The notes under the pieces were generated by a model. The model saw only the letters and a program-made list of their open reading frames with translations. It made no database searches and was not told the origin of the DNA. From assembly GCA_964057225.1 (NCBI GenBank), contig OZ059897.1, forward strand, positions 2,852,001 to 2,916,000: a stretch of DNA of 64,000 nucleotides, read 5' to 3'. Both the position numbers and the translations under genes were made by a program. Positions 40,701-54,825 of the stretch are shown here, piece after piece (the first letter of the stretch is position 1; the number at the start of each line of letters is the position of its first letter). This stretch comes from Auanema rhodensis (lineage: Eukaryota; Animalia; Nematoda).

Positions 40701-43700
40701 TATCAGATTTGAGTTAGCTTAAAAATGCACCGAGATATCAAATGATATATGTTCACACTTATATCCTCGATTTTCACCCTGAAGAAATGATTTTTTCGTT
40801 GAATAACATTGTCCATCGTATTCGTCTTGAAAAAAAGAATCTAAAAACATCTACTTTTTGTGAAATTATTTATAAATTTTTCGGGAAAATTTTTGTCAAA
40901 ATGTTTTTGGAAGCAATGTTGAGTGTACATGGGAACTCAACATACACTAATGCATTATTTTTCAAACGATCATAACTAATTTTTGTATAGAGCGTTTCTC
41001 AATGTAGTATAGTGCATTCGATGCGGATTTTTAAGCTGCGTTGATCTGTGTTATCAGATTTGAGTTAGCTTAAAAATGCACCGAGATATCAACTGATATA
41101 TGTTCACGCTTATATCCTCGATTTTCACCCTGAAGAAATGATTTTTTCGTTGAATAACATTGTCCATCGTCTTCGTCTTGAAAAAAGGAATCTAAAAACA
41201 TCTACTTTTTGTGAAATTATTTAGAAATTTTTCGGGAAAATTTTTGTCAAAATGTTTTTGGAAGCAATGTTGAGTGTACATGGGAACTCAACATACACTA
41301 ATGCATTATTTTTCAAACGATCATAACTAATTTTTGTATTAAGCGTTTATCAATGTAGTATAGTGCATTCGATGCGGATTTTTAAGCTGCGTCGATCTGT
41401 GTTATCAGATTTGCGCTAGCTTGAAAATGCACCGAGATATCAACTGATATAGGTTCACACTTATATCCTCAATTTTCACCCTGAAGAATTAATTTTTTCG
41501 TTGAATAACATTGTCCATCGTCTTTGCCTTGAAAAAAGGAATCTAAAAACATCTACTTTTTGTGAAATTATTCAGAAATTTTTCGGGAAAATTTTTGTCA
41601 CAATGTTTTTGGAAGCAATGTTGAGTGTACATGGGAACTCAGCATACACTAATGCATTATTTTTCAAACGATCATAACTAATTTTTGTATAGAGCGTTTC
41701 TCAATGTAGTATAGTGCATTCGATGCGGATTTTTAAGCTGCGTTGATCTGTGTTATCAGATTTGCGCTAGCTTAAAAATGCACCGAGTAATCAACTGATA
41801 TAGGTTCACACTTATATCCTCGATTTTCACCCTGAAGAATTAATTTTTTCGTTGAATAACATTGTCCATCGTCTTTGCCTTGAAAAAAGAAATCTAAAAA
41901 CATCTACTTTTTGTGAAATTATTCAGAAATTTTTCGGGAAAATTTTTGTCACAATGTTTTTGGAAGCAATGTTAAGTGTACATGGGAACTCAACACACAC
42001 TAATGCAATTTTTTTCAAACGATCATAACTAATTTTTGTATAGAGTGTTTCTCAATGTAGTATAGTGCATTCGATGCGGATTTTTAAGCTGCGTCGATCT
42101 GTGTTATCCGATTTGAGTTAGCTTAAAAATGCACCGAGATATCAACTGATATAGGTTCACACTTATATCCTCGATTTTCACCCTGAAGAATTAATTTTTT
42201 CGTTGAAAAACATTGTCCATCGTATTCGTCTTGAAAAAAAGAATCTAAAAACATCTACTTTTTGTGAAATTATTTAGAAATTTTTCGGGAAAATTTTTGT
42301 CAAAATGTTTTTGGAAGCAATGTTGAGTGTACATGGGAACTCAACATACACTAATGCATTATTTTTCAAACGATCATAACTAATTTTTGTATAGAGCGTT
42401 TCTCATTGTAGTATAGTGCATTCGATGCGGATTTTTAAGCTGCGTTGATCTGTGTTATCAGATTTGAGTTAACTTAAAAATGCACCGAGATATCAACTGA
42501 TATAGGTTCACACTTATATCCTCGATTTTCACCCTGAAGAATTAATTTTTTCGTTGAATAACATTGTTCATCGTCTTTGCCTTGAAAAAAGGAATCTAAA
42601 AACATCTACTTTTTGTGAAATTATTTAGAAATTTTTCGGGAAAATTTTTGTCACAATGTTTTTGGAAGCAATGTTGAGTGTACATGGGAACTCAGCATAC
42701 ACTAATGCATTATTTTTCAAACGATCATAACTAATTTTTGTATAGAGCGTTTCTCAATGTAGTATAGTGCTGTCGATGCGGATTTTTAAGCTGCGTTGAT
42801 CTGTGTTATCAGATTTGAGTTAGCTTAAAAATGCACCGAGATATCAACTGATATATGTTCACGCTTATATCCTCGATTTTCACACTGAAGAAATGATTTT
42901 TTCGTTGAAAAACATTGTCCATCGTATTCGTCTTGAAAAAAAGAATCTAAAAACATCTACTTTTTGTGAAATTATTTATAAATTTTTCGGGAAAATTTTT
43001 GTCAAAATGTTTTTGGAAGCAATGTTGAGTGTACATGGGAACTCAACATACACTAATGCATTATTTTTCAAACGATCATAACTAATTTTTGTATAGAGCG
43101 TTTCTCAATGTAGTATAGTGCATTCGATGCGGATTTTTAAGCTGCGTTGATCTGTGTTATCAGATTTGAGTTAGCTTAAAAATGCACCGAGATATCAACT
43201 GATATATGTTCACGCTTATATCCTCGATTTTCACCCTGAAGAAATGATTTTTTCGTTGAATAACATTGTCCATCGTCTTCGTCTTGAAAAAAGGAATCTA
43301 AAAACATCTACTTTTTGTGAAATTATTTAGAAATTTTTCGGGAAAATTTTTGTCAAAATGTTTTTGGAAGCAATGTTGAGTGTACATGGGAACTCAACAT
43401 ACACTAATGCATTATTTTTCAAACGATCATAACTAATTTTTGTATTAAGCGTTTATCAATGTAGTATAGTGCATTCGATGCGGATTTTTAAGCTGCGTCG
43501 ATCTGTGTTATCAGATTTGCGCTAGCTTGAAAATGCACCGAGATATCAACTGATATAGGTTCACACTTATATCCTCAATTTTCACCCTGAAGAATTAATT
43601 TTTTCGTTGAATAACATTGTCCATCGTCTTTGCCTTGAAAAAAGGAATCTAAAAACATCTACTTTTTGTGAAATTATTCAGAAATTTTTCGGGAAAATTT

Positions 43701-44579
43701 TTGTCACAATGTTTTTGGAAGCAATGTTGAGTGTACATGGGAACTCAGCATACACTAATGCATTATTTTTCAAACGATCATAACTAATTTTTGTATAGAG
43801 CGTTTCTCAATGTAGTATAGTGCATTCGATGCGGATTTTTAAGCTGCGTTGATCTGTGTTATCAGATTTGCGCTAGCTTAAAAATGCACCGAGTAATCAA
43901 CTGATATAGGTTCACACTTATATCCTCGATTTTCACCCTGAAGAATTAATTTTTTCGTTGAATAACATTGTACATCGTCTTTGCCTTGAAAAAAGAAATC
44001 TAAAAACATCTACTTTTTGTGAAATTATTCAGAAATTTTTCGGGAAAATTTTTGTCACAATGTTTTTGGAAGCAATGTTAAGTGTATATGGGAACTCAAC
44101 ACACACTAATGCAATTTTTTTTCAAACGATCATAACTAATTTTTGTATAGAGCGTTTCTCAATGTAGTATAGTGCATTCGATGCGGATTTTTAAGCTGCG
44201 TCGATCTGTGTTATCCGATTTGAGTTAGCTTAAAAATGCACCGAGATATCAACTGATATAGGTTCACACTTATATCCTCGATTTTCACCCTGAAGAATTA
44301 ATTTTTTCGTTGAAAAACATTGTCCATCGTATTCGTCTTGAAAAAAAGAATCTAAAAACATCTACTTTTTGTGAAATTATTTAGAAATTTTTCGGGAAAA
44401 TTTTTGTCAAAATGTTTTTGGAAGCAATGTTGAGTGTACATGGGAACTCAACATACACTAATGCATTATTTTTCAAACGATCATAACTAATTTTTGTATA
44501 GAGCGTTTCTCAATGTAGTATAGTGCATTCGATGCGGATTTTTAAGCTGCGTTGATCTGTGTTATCAGATTTGAGTTAA
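28781..44579. repeat. 6-monomer higher-order repeat (2106 bp), regular from about 35102 to 44579 (about 4.5 copies), with 5-mer and 8-mer variants upstream
   Basis: GCTGTCGATG at 36451, 38557, 40663 and 42769. GCGTTTATCAATG at 37131, 39237, 41343 and 43449. The ATTTATAAA monomers (ORF starts 36575, 38681, 40787, 42893) are also spaced 2106 bp apart. Upstream TTATCCGATT spacings are 6, 5 and 8 monomers. Confidence 0.93.
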
Positions 44580-46685
44580 CTTAAAAATGCACCGAGATAT
44601 CAACTGATATAGGTTCACACTTATATCCTCGATTTTCACCCTGAAGAAATGATTTTTTCGTTGAAAAACATTGTCCATCGTATTCGTCTTGAAAAAAGGA
44701 ATCTAAAAACATCTACTTTTTGTGAAATTATTTAGAAATTTTTCGGGAAAATTTTTGTCAAAATGTTTTTGGAAGCAATGTTGAGTGTACATGGGAACTC
44801 AACATACACTAATGCATTATTTTTCAAACGATCATAACTTATTTTTGTATAGAGCGTTTCTCAATGTAGTATAGTGCATTCGATGCAGATTTTTAAGCTG
44901 CGTTGATCTGTGTTATCAGATTTGAGTTAACTTAAAAATGCACCGAGATATCAACTGATATATGTTCACACTTATATCCTCGATTTTCACCCTGAAGAAA
45001 TGATTTTTTCGTTGAAAAACATTGTCCATCGTCTTCGTCTTGAAAAAAGGAATCTAAAAACATCTACTTTTTGTGAAATTATTCAGAAATTTTTCGGGAA
45101 AATTTTTGTCAAAATGTTTTTGGAAGCAATGTTGAGTGTACATGGGAACTCAACATACACTAATGCATTATTTTTCAAACGATCATAACTAATTTTTGTA
45201 TAGAGCGTTTCTCATTGTAGTATAGTGCATTCGATGCGGATTTTTAAGCTGCGTTGATCTGTGTTATCAGATTTGAGTTAACTTAAAAATGCACCGAGAT
45301 ATCAACTGATATAGGTTCACACATATATCCTCGATTTTCACCCTGAAGAAAAGATTTTTTCGTTGAAAAACATTGTCCATCGTCTTCGTCTTGAAAAAAG
45401 GAATCTAAAAACATCTACTTTTTGTGAAATTATTCAGAAATTTTTCGGGAAAATTTTTGTCAAAATGTTTTTGGAAGCAATGTTGAGTGTACATGGGAAC
45501 TCAACATACACTAATGCATTATTTTTCAAACGATCATAACTAATTTTTGTATTAAGCGTTTCTCAATGTAGTATAGTGCATTCGATGCGGATTTTTAAGC
45601 TGCGTCGTTCTGTGTTATCTGATTTGAGTTAACTTAAAAATGCACCGAGATATCAACTGATATAGGTTCACACATATATCCTCGATTTTCACCCTGAAGA
45701 AATGATTTTTTCGTTGAAAAACATTGTCCATCGTATTCGTCTTGAAAAAAGGAATCTAAAAACATCTACTTTTTGTGAAATTATTTAGAAATTTTTCGGG
45801 AAAATTTTTGTCAAAATGTTTTTGGAAGCAATGTTGAGTGTACATGGGAACTCAACATACACTAATGCATTATTTTTCAAACGATCATAACTAATTTTTG
45901 TATAGAGCGTTTCTCAATGTAGTATAGTGCATTCGATGCAGATTTTTAAGCTGCGTTGATCTGTGTTATCAGATTTGAGTTAACTTAAAAATGCACCGAG
46001 ATATCAACTGATATATGTTCACACTTATATCCTCGATTTTCACCCTGAAGAAATGATTTTTTCGTTGAAAAACATTGTCCATCGTCTTTGTCTTGAAAAA
46101 AGGAATCTAAAAACATCTACTTTTTGTGAAATTATTCAGAAATTTTTCGGGAAAATTTTTGTCAAAATGTTTTTGGAAGCAATGTTGAGTGTACATGGGA
46201 ACTCAACATACACTAATGCATTATTTTTCAAACGATCATAACTAATTTTTGTATAGAGCGTTTCTCATTGTAGTATAGTGCATTCGATGCGGATTTTTAA
46301 GCTGCGTTGATCTGTGTTATCAGATTTGAGTTAACTTAAAAATGCACCGAGATATCAACTGATATAGGTTCACACATATATCCTCGATTTTCACCCTGAA
46401 GAAAAGATTTTTTCGTTGAAAAACATTGTCCATCGTCTTCGTCTTGAAAAAAGGAATCTAAAAACATCTACTTTTTGTGAAATTATTCAGAAATTTTTCG
46501 GGAAAATTTTTGTCAAAATGTTTTTGGAAGCAATGTTGAGTGTACATGGGAACTCAACATACACTAATGCATTATTTTTCAAACGATCATAACTAATTTT
46601 TGTATGGAGCGTTTCTCAATGTAGTATAGTGCATTCGATGCGGATTTTTAAGCTACGTTGATCTGTGTTATCAGATTTGCGCTAG
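44580..46685. repeat. 3-monomer repeat (1053 bp), two copies
   Basis: GATGCAGAT at about 44882/45935, GAAGAAAAGATT at about 45345/46398, and ORFs 45000/46053. Confidence 0.85.
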
Positions 46686-47386
46686 CTTAAAAATGCACCG
46701 AGTAATCAACTGATATAGGTTCACACTTATATCCTCGATTTTCACCCTGAAGAATTAATTTTTTCGTTGAATAACATTGTCCATCGTCTTTGCCTTGAAA
46801 AAAGAAATCTAAAAACTCCTACTTTTTGTGAAATTATTTAGAAATTTTTCGGGAAAATTTTTGTCACAATGTTTTTGGAAGCAATGTTGAGTGTACATGG
46901 GAACTCAGCATACACTAATGCATTATTTTTCAAACGATCATAACTAATTTTTGTATGGAGCGTTTCTCAATGTAGTATAGTGCATTCGATGCGGAGTTTT
47001 AAGCTGCGTTGATCTGTGTTATCAGATTTGCGCTAGCTAAAAAATGCACCGAGTAATCAACTGATATAGGTTCACACTTATATCCTCGATTTTCACCCTG
47101 AAGAATTAATTTTTTCGTTGAATAACATTGTCCATCGTCTTTGCCTTGAAAAAAAAATCTAAAAACTCCTACTTTTTGTGAAATTATTTAGAAATTTTTC
47201 GGGAAAATTTTTGTCACAATGTTTTTGGAAGCAATGTTGAGTGTACATGGGAACTCAGCATACACTAATGCATTATTTTTCAAACGATCATAACTAATTT
47301 TTGTATAGAGCGTTTCTCAATGTAGTATAGTGCATTCGATGCGGATTTTTAAGCTGCGTCGATCTGTGTTATCAGATTTGAGTTAG

Positions 47387-50194
47387 CTTGAAAATGCACC
47401 GAGATATCAACTGATATAGGTTCACACATATATCCTCGATTTTCACCCTGAAGAAAAGATTTTTTCGTTGAAAAACATTGTCCATCGTCTTTGCCTTGAA
47501 AAAAGAAATCTAAAAACTCCTACTTTTTGTGAAATTATTTAGAAATTTTTCGGGAAAATTTTTGTCACAATGTTTTTGGAAGCAATGTTGAGTGTACATG
47601 GGAACTCAGCATACACTAATGCATTATTTTTCAAACGATCATAACTAATTTTTGTATGGAGCGTTTTTCAATGTAGTATAGTGCATTCGATGCGGATTTT
47701 TAAGCTGCGTTGATCTGTGTTATCAGATTTGCGCTAGCTTAAAAATGCACCGAGTAATCAACTGATATAGGTTCACACTTATATCCTCGATTTTCACCCT
47801 GAAGAATTACTTTTTTCGTTGAATAACATTGTCCATCGTCTTTGCCTTGAAAAAAAAAATCTAAAAACTCCTACTTTTTGTGAAATTATTTAGAAATTTT
47901 TCGGGAAAATTTTTGTCACAATGTTTTTGGAAGCAATGTTGAGTGTACATGGGAACTCAGCATACACTAATGCATTATTTTTCAAACGATCATAACTAAT
48001 TTTTGTATAGAGCGTTTCTCAATGTAGTATAGTGCATTCGATGCGGATTTTTAAGCTGCGTCGATCTGTGTTATCAGATTTGAGTTAGCTTAAAAATGCA
48101 CCGAGATATCAACTGATATATGTTCACACTTATATCCTCGATTTTCACCCTGAAGAAATGATTTTTTCGTTGAAAAACATTGTCCATCGCATTCGTCTTG
48201 AAAAAAAGAATCTAAAAACATCTACTTTTTGTGAAATTATTCAGAAAATTTTCGGGAAAATTTTTGTCAAAATGTTTTTGGAAGCAATGTTGAGTGTACA
48301 TGGGAACTCAACATACACTAATGCATTATTTTTCAAACGATCATAACTAATTTTTGTATGGAGCGTTTCTCAATGTAGTATAGTGCATTCGATGCGGATT
48401 TTTAAGCTGCGTTGATCTGTGTTATCAGATTTGCGCTAGCTTAAAAATGCACCGAGTAATCAACTGATATAGGTTCACACTTATATCCTCGATTTTCACC
48501 CTGAAGAATTAATTTTTTCGTTGAATAACATTGTCCATCATCTTTGCCTTGAAAAAAGAAATCTAAAAACTCCTACTTTTTGTGAAATTATTTAGAAATT
48601 TTTCGGGAAAATTTTTGTCACAATGTTTTTGGAAGCAATGTTGAGTGTACATGGGAACTCAGCATACACTAATGCATTATTTTTCAAACGATCATAACTA
48701 ATTTTTGTATAGAGCGTTTCTCAATGTAGTATAGTGCATTCGATGCGGATTTTTAAGCTGCGTCGATCTGTGTTATCAGATTTGAGTTAGCTTGAAAATG
48801 CACCGAGATATCAACTGATATAGGTTCACACATATATCCTCGATTTTCACCCTGAAGAAAAGATTTTTTCGTTGAAAAACATTGTCCATCGTCTTTGCCT
48901 TGAAAAAAGAAATCTAAAAACTCCTACTTTTTGTGAAATTATTTAGAAATTTTTCGGGAAAATTTTTGTCACAATGTTTTTGGAAGCAATGTTGAGTGTA
49001 CATGGGAACTCAGCATACACTAATGCATTATTTTTCAAACGATCATAACTAATTTTTGTATGGAGCGTTTTTCAATGTAGTATAGTGCATTCGATGCGGA
49101 TTTTTAAGCTGCGTTGATCTGTGTTATCAGATTTGCGCTAGCTTAAAAATGCACCGAGTAATCAACTGATATAGGTTCACACTTATATCCTCGATTTTCA
49201 CCCTGAAGAATTAATTTTTTCGTTGAATAACATTGTCCATCGTCTTTGCCTTGAAAAAAAAAATCTAAAAACTCCTACTTTTTGTGAAATTATTTAGAAA
49301 TTTTTCGGGAAAATTTTTGTCACAATGTTTTTGGAAGCAATGTTGAGTGTACATGGGAACTCAGCATACACTAATGCATTATTTTTCAAACGATCATAAC
49401 TAATTTTTGTATAGAGCGTTTCTCAATGTAGTATAGTGCATTCGATGCGGATTTTTAAGCTGCGTCGATCTGTGTTATCAGATTTGAGTTAGCTTAAAAA
49501 TGCACCGAGATATCAACTGATATATGTTCACACTTATATCCTCGATTTTCACCCTGAAGAAATGATTTTTTCGTTGAAAAACATTGTCCATCGCATTCGT
49601 CTTGAAAAAAAGAATCTAAAAACATCTACTTTTTGTGAAATTATTCAGAAAATTTTCGGGAAAATTTTTGTCAAAATGTTTTTGGAAGCAATGTTGAGTG
49701 TACATGGGAACTCAACATACACTAATGCATTATTTTTCAAACGATCATAACTAATTTTTGTATGGAGCGTTTCTCAATGTAGTATAGTGCATTCGATGCG
49801 GATTTTTAAGCTGCGTTGATCTGTGTTATCAGATTTGCGCTAGCTTAAAAATGCACCGAGTAATCAACTGATATAGGTTCACACTTATATCCTCGATTTT
49901 CACCCTGAAGAATTAATTTTTTCGTTGAATAACATTGTCCATCATCTTTGCCTTGAAAAAAGAAATCTAAAAACTCCTACTTTTTGTGAAATTATTTAGA
50001 AATTTTTCGGGAAAATTTTTGTCACAATGTTTTTGGAAGCAATGTTGAGTGTACATGGGAACTCAGCATACACTAATGCATTATTTTTCAAACGATCATA
50101 ACTAATTTTTGTATGGAGCGTTTCTCAATGTAGTATAGTGCATTCGATGCGGATTTTTAAGCTGCGTTGATCTGTGTTATCAAATTTGCGCTAG
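47387..50194. repeat. 4-monomer repeat (1404 bp), two copies
   Basis: CATCGCATTCG with CAGAAAATTTTC (ORFs 48158/49562), GCGTTTTTCAATG at 47661/49065, and CCATCATCTTTG at about 48535/49939. Confidence 0.88.
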
Positions 50195-53100
50195 CTTAAA
50201 AATGCACCGAGTAATCAACTGATATAGGTTCACACTTATATCCTCGATTTTCACCCTGAAGAATTAATTTTTTCGTTGAATAACATTGTCCATCGTCTTT
50301 GCCTTGAAAAAAGAAATCTAAAAACTCCTACTTTTCGTGAAATTATTTAGAAATTTTTCGGGAAAATTTTTGTCACAATGTTTTTGGAAGCAATGTTGAG
50401 TGTACATGGGAACTCAGCATACACTAATGCATTATTTTTCAAACGATCATAACTAATTTTTGTATAGAGCGTTTCTCAATGTAGTATAGTGCATTCGATG
50501 CGGATTTTTAAGCTGCGTCGATCTGTGTTATCAGATTTGAGTTAGCTTGAAAATGCACCGAGATATCAACTGATATATGTTCACACTTATATCCTCGATT
50601 TTCACCCTGAAGAAATGATTTTTTCGTTGAAAAACATTGTCCATCGTATTCGTCTTGAAAAAAGGAATCTAAAAACATCTACTTTTTGTGAAATTATTTA
50701 GAAATTTTTCGGGAAAATTTTTGTCACAATGTTTTTGGAAGCAATGTTGAGTGTACATGGGAACTCAGCATACACTAATGCATTATTTTTCAAACGATCA
50801 TAACTAATTTTTGTATAGAGCGTTTCTCAATGTAGTATAGTGCATTCGATGCGGATTTTTAAGCTGCGTCGATCTGTGTTATCAGATTTGAGTTAACTTA
50901 AAAATGCACCGAGATATCAACTGATATATGTTCACACTTATATCCTCGATTTTCACCCTGAAGAAATGATTTTTTCGTTGAATAACATTGTCCATCGTCT
51001 TCGTCTTGAAAAAAGGAATCTAAAAACATCTACTTTTTGTGAAATTATTTAGAAATTTTTCGGGAAAATTTTTGTCAAAATGTTTTTGGAAGCAATGTTG
51101 AGTGTACATGGGAACTCAACATACACTAATGCATTATTTTTCATACAATCATAACTAATTTTTGTATAAAGCGTTTCTCAATGTAGTATAGTGCATTCGA
51201 TGCGGATTTTTAAGCTGCGTTGATCTGTGTTATCAGATTTGAGTTAACTTAAAAATGCACCGAGATATCAACTGATATATGTTCACACTTATATCCTCGA
51301 TTTTCACCCTGAAGAAATGATTTTTTTGTTGAAAAACATTGTCCATCGTATTCGTCTTGAAAAAAGGAATCTAAAAACATCTACTTTTTGTGAAATTATT
51401 TAGAAATTTTTCGGGAAAATTTTTGTCAAAATGTTTTTGGAAGCAATGTTGAGTGTACATGGGAACTCAGCATACACTAATGCATTATTTTTCAAACGAT
51501 CATAACTAATTTTTGTATGGAGCGTTTCTCAATGTAGTATAATTCATTCGATGCGGATTTTTAAGCTGCGTCGATCTGTGTTATCAGATTTGAGTTAGCT
51601 TAAAAATGCACCGAGATATCAACTGATATATGTTCACACTTATATCCTCGATTTTCACTCTGAAGAAATGATTTTTTCGTTAACAAACATTGTCTATCGT
51701 ATTCGTCTTGAAAAAAGGAATCTAAAAACATCTACTTTTTGTGAAATTATTTAGAAATTTTTCGGGAAAATTTTTGTCAAAATGTTTTTGGAAGCAATGT
51801 TGAGTGTACATGGGAACTCAACATACACTAATGCATTATTTTTCAAACGATCATAACTAATTTTTGTATGGAGCGTTTCTCAATGTAGTATAGTGCATTC
51901 GATGCGGATTTTTAAGCTGCGTTGATCTGTGTTATCAGATTTGCGCTAGCTCAAAAATGCACCGAGTAATCAACTGATATAGGTTCACACTTATATCCTC
52001 GATTTTCACCCTGAAGAATTAATTTTTTCGTTGAATAACATTGTCCATCGTCTTTGCCTTGAAAAAAGAAATTTAAAAACTCCTACTTTTTGTGAAATTA
52101 TTTAGAAATTTTTCGGGAAAATTTTTGTCACAATGTTTTTGGAAGCAATGTTGAGTGTACATGGGAACTCAACATACACTAATGCATTATTTTTCAAACG
52201 ATCATAACTAATTTTTGTATGGAGCGTTTCTCAATGTAGTATAGTGCATTCGATGCGGATTTTTAAGCTGCGTTGATCTGTGTTATCAGATTTGCGCTAG
52301 CTCAAAAATGCACCGAGTAATCAACTGATATAGGTTCACACTTATATCCTCGATTTTCACCCTGAAGAATTAATTTTTTCGTTGAATAACATTGTCCATC
52401 GTCTTTGCCTTGAAAAAAAAAATCTAAAAACTCCTACTTTTTGTGAAATTATTTAGAAATTTTTCGGGAAAATTTTTGTCAAAATGTTTTTGGAAGCAAT
52501 GTTGAGTGTACATGGGAACTCAACATACACTAATGCATTATTTTTCAAACGATCATAACTAATTTTTGTATAGAGCGTTTCTCAATGTAGTATAGTGCAT
52601 TCGATGCGGATTTTTAAGCTGCGTCGATCTGTGTTATCAGATTTGAGTTAGCTTAAAAATGCACCGAGATATCAACTGATATATGTTCACACTTATATCC
52701 TCGATTTTCACCCTGAAGAAATGATTTTTTCGTTGAAAAACATTGTCCATCGTATTCGTCTTGAAAAAAAGAATCTAAAAACATCTACTTTTTGTGAAAT
52801 TATTCAGAAAATTTTCGGGAAAATTTTTGTCAAAATGTTTTTGGAAGCAATGTTGAGTGTACATGGGAACTCAACATACACTAATGCATTATTTTTCAAA
52901 CGATCATAACTAATTTTTGTATAGAGCGTTTCTCAATGTAGTATAGTGCATTCGATGCGGATTTTTAAGCTGCGTCGATCTGTGTTATCAGATTTGCGCT
53001 AGCTCAAAAATGCACCGAGTAATCAACTGATATAGGTTCACACTTATATCCTCGATTTTCACCCTGAAGAATTAATTTTTTCGTTGAATAACATTGTCCA

Positions 53101-53704
53101 TCATCTTTGCCTTGAAAAAAGAAATCTAAAAACTCCTACTTTTTGTGAAATTATTTAGAAATTTTTCGGGAAAATTTTTGTCACAATGTTTTTGGAAGCA
53201 ATGTTGAGTGTACATGGGAACTCAGCATACACTAATGCATTATTTTTCAAACGATCATAACTAATTTTTGTATAGAACGTTTCTCAATGTAGTATAGTTC
53301 ATTCGATGCGGATTTTTAAGCTGCGTCGATCTGTGTTATCAGATTTGAGTTAGCTTAAAAATGCACCGAGATATCAACTGATATATGTTCACACTTATAT
53401 CCTCGATTTTCACCCTGAAGAATTAATTTTTTCGTTGAATAACATTGTCCATCGTCTTTGCCTTGAAAAAAGAAATCTAAAAACTCCTACTTTTTGTGAA
53501 ATTATTTAGAAATTTTTCGGGAAAATTTTTGTCACAATGTTTTTGGAAGCAATGTTGAGTGTACATGGGAACTCAGCATACACTAATGCATTATTTTTCA
53601 AACGATCATAACTAATTTTTGTATAGAGCGTTTCTCAATGTAGTATAGTGCATTCGATGCGGATTTTTAAGCTGCGTCGATCTGTGTTATCAGATTTGAG
53701 TTAG

Positions 53705-53917
53705 CTTGAAAATGCACCGAGATATCAACTGATATATGTTCACACTTATATCCTCGATTTTCACCCTGAAGAAATGATTTTTTCGTTGAAAAACATTGTC
53801 CATCGTATTCGTCTTGAAAAAAGGAATCTAAAAACATCTACTTTTTGTGAAATTATTTAGAAATTTTTCGGGAAAATTTTTGTCATAATGTTGATTTGAT
53901 TTGAAGATTTGAGTTAG
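53705..53917. repeat. Truncated 213-bp monomer (monomer positions 189-338 replaced by the 12-bp GATTTGATTTGA)
   Basis: Junction ...TGTCATAATGTT-GATTTGATTTGA-AGATTTGAGTTAG at 53881-53917. Confidence 0.95.
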
Positions 53918-54619
53918 CTTAAAAATGCGCCGAGATATCAACTGATATATGTTCACACTTATATCCTCGATTTTCACCCTGAAGAAATGATTTTTTCGTT
54001 GAAAAACATTGTCCATCGTATTCGTCTTGAAAAAAAGAATCTAAAAACATCTACTTTTTGTGAAATTATTCAGAAATTTTTCGGGAAAATTTTTGTCAAA
54101 ATGTTTTTGGAAGCAATGTTGAGTGTACATGGGAACTCAACATACACTAATGCATTATTTTTCAAACGATCATAACTAATTTTTGTATGGAGCGTTTCTC
54201 AATGTAGTATAGTGCATTCGATGCGGATTTTTAAGCTGCGTTGATCTGTGTTATCAGATTTGCGCTAGCTTAAAAATGCACCGAGTAATCAACTGATATA
54301 GGTTCACACTTATATCCTCGATTTTCACCCTGAAGAATTAATTTTTTCGTTGAATAACATTGTCCATCGTCTTTGCCTTGAGAAAAGAAATCTAAAAACT
54401 CCTACTTTTTGTGAAATTTTTTAGAAATTTTTCGGGAAAATTTTTGTCACAATGTTTTTGGAAGCAATGTTGAGTGTACATGGGAACTCAGCATACACTA
54501 ATGCATTATTTTTCAAACGATCATAACTAATTTTTGTATAGAGCGTTTCTCAATGTAGTATAGTGCATTCGATGCGGATTTTTAAGCTGCGTCGATCTGT
54601 GTTATCAGATTTGAGTTAG

Positions 54620-54825
54620 CTTAAAAATGCACCGAGATATCAACTGATATATGTTCACACTTATATCCTCGATTTTCACCCTGAAGAATTATATTTTTCG
54701 TTGAATAACATTGTCCATCGTCTTAGCCTTGAAAAAAGGAATCTAAAAACATTTACTTTTTGCGAAATTATTCAGAAATTTTTCGGGAAAATTTTTTTCG
54801 ATCTGTGTTATCAGATTTGAGTTAG
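54620..54825. repeat. Short 206-bp monomer (145 bp missing), interpreted as a duplication junction
   Basis: Junction GGGAAAATTTTTTTC|GATCTGTGTTATCAG at about 54785-54814 joins monomer position 180 to position 326. Confidence 0.93.

Noticed and set aside
47148-47160. Single 1-bp deletion in an A run
   Set aside because: It is a singleton homopolymer indel, so it could be slippage or a consensus error and is not informative alone.
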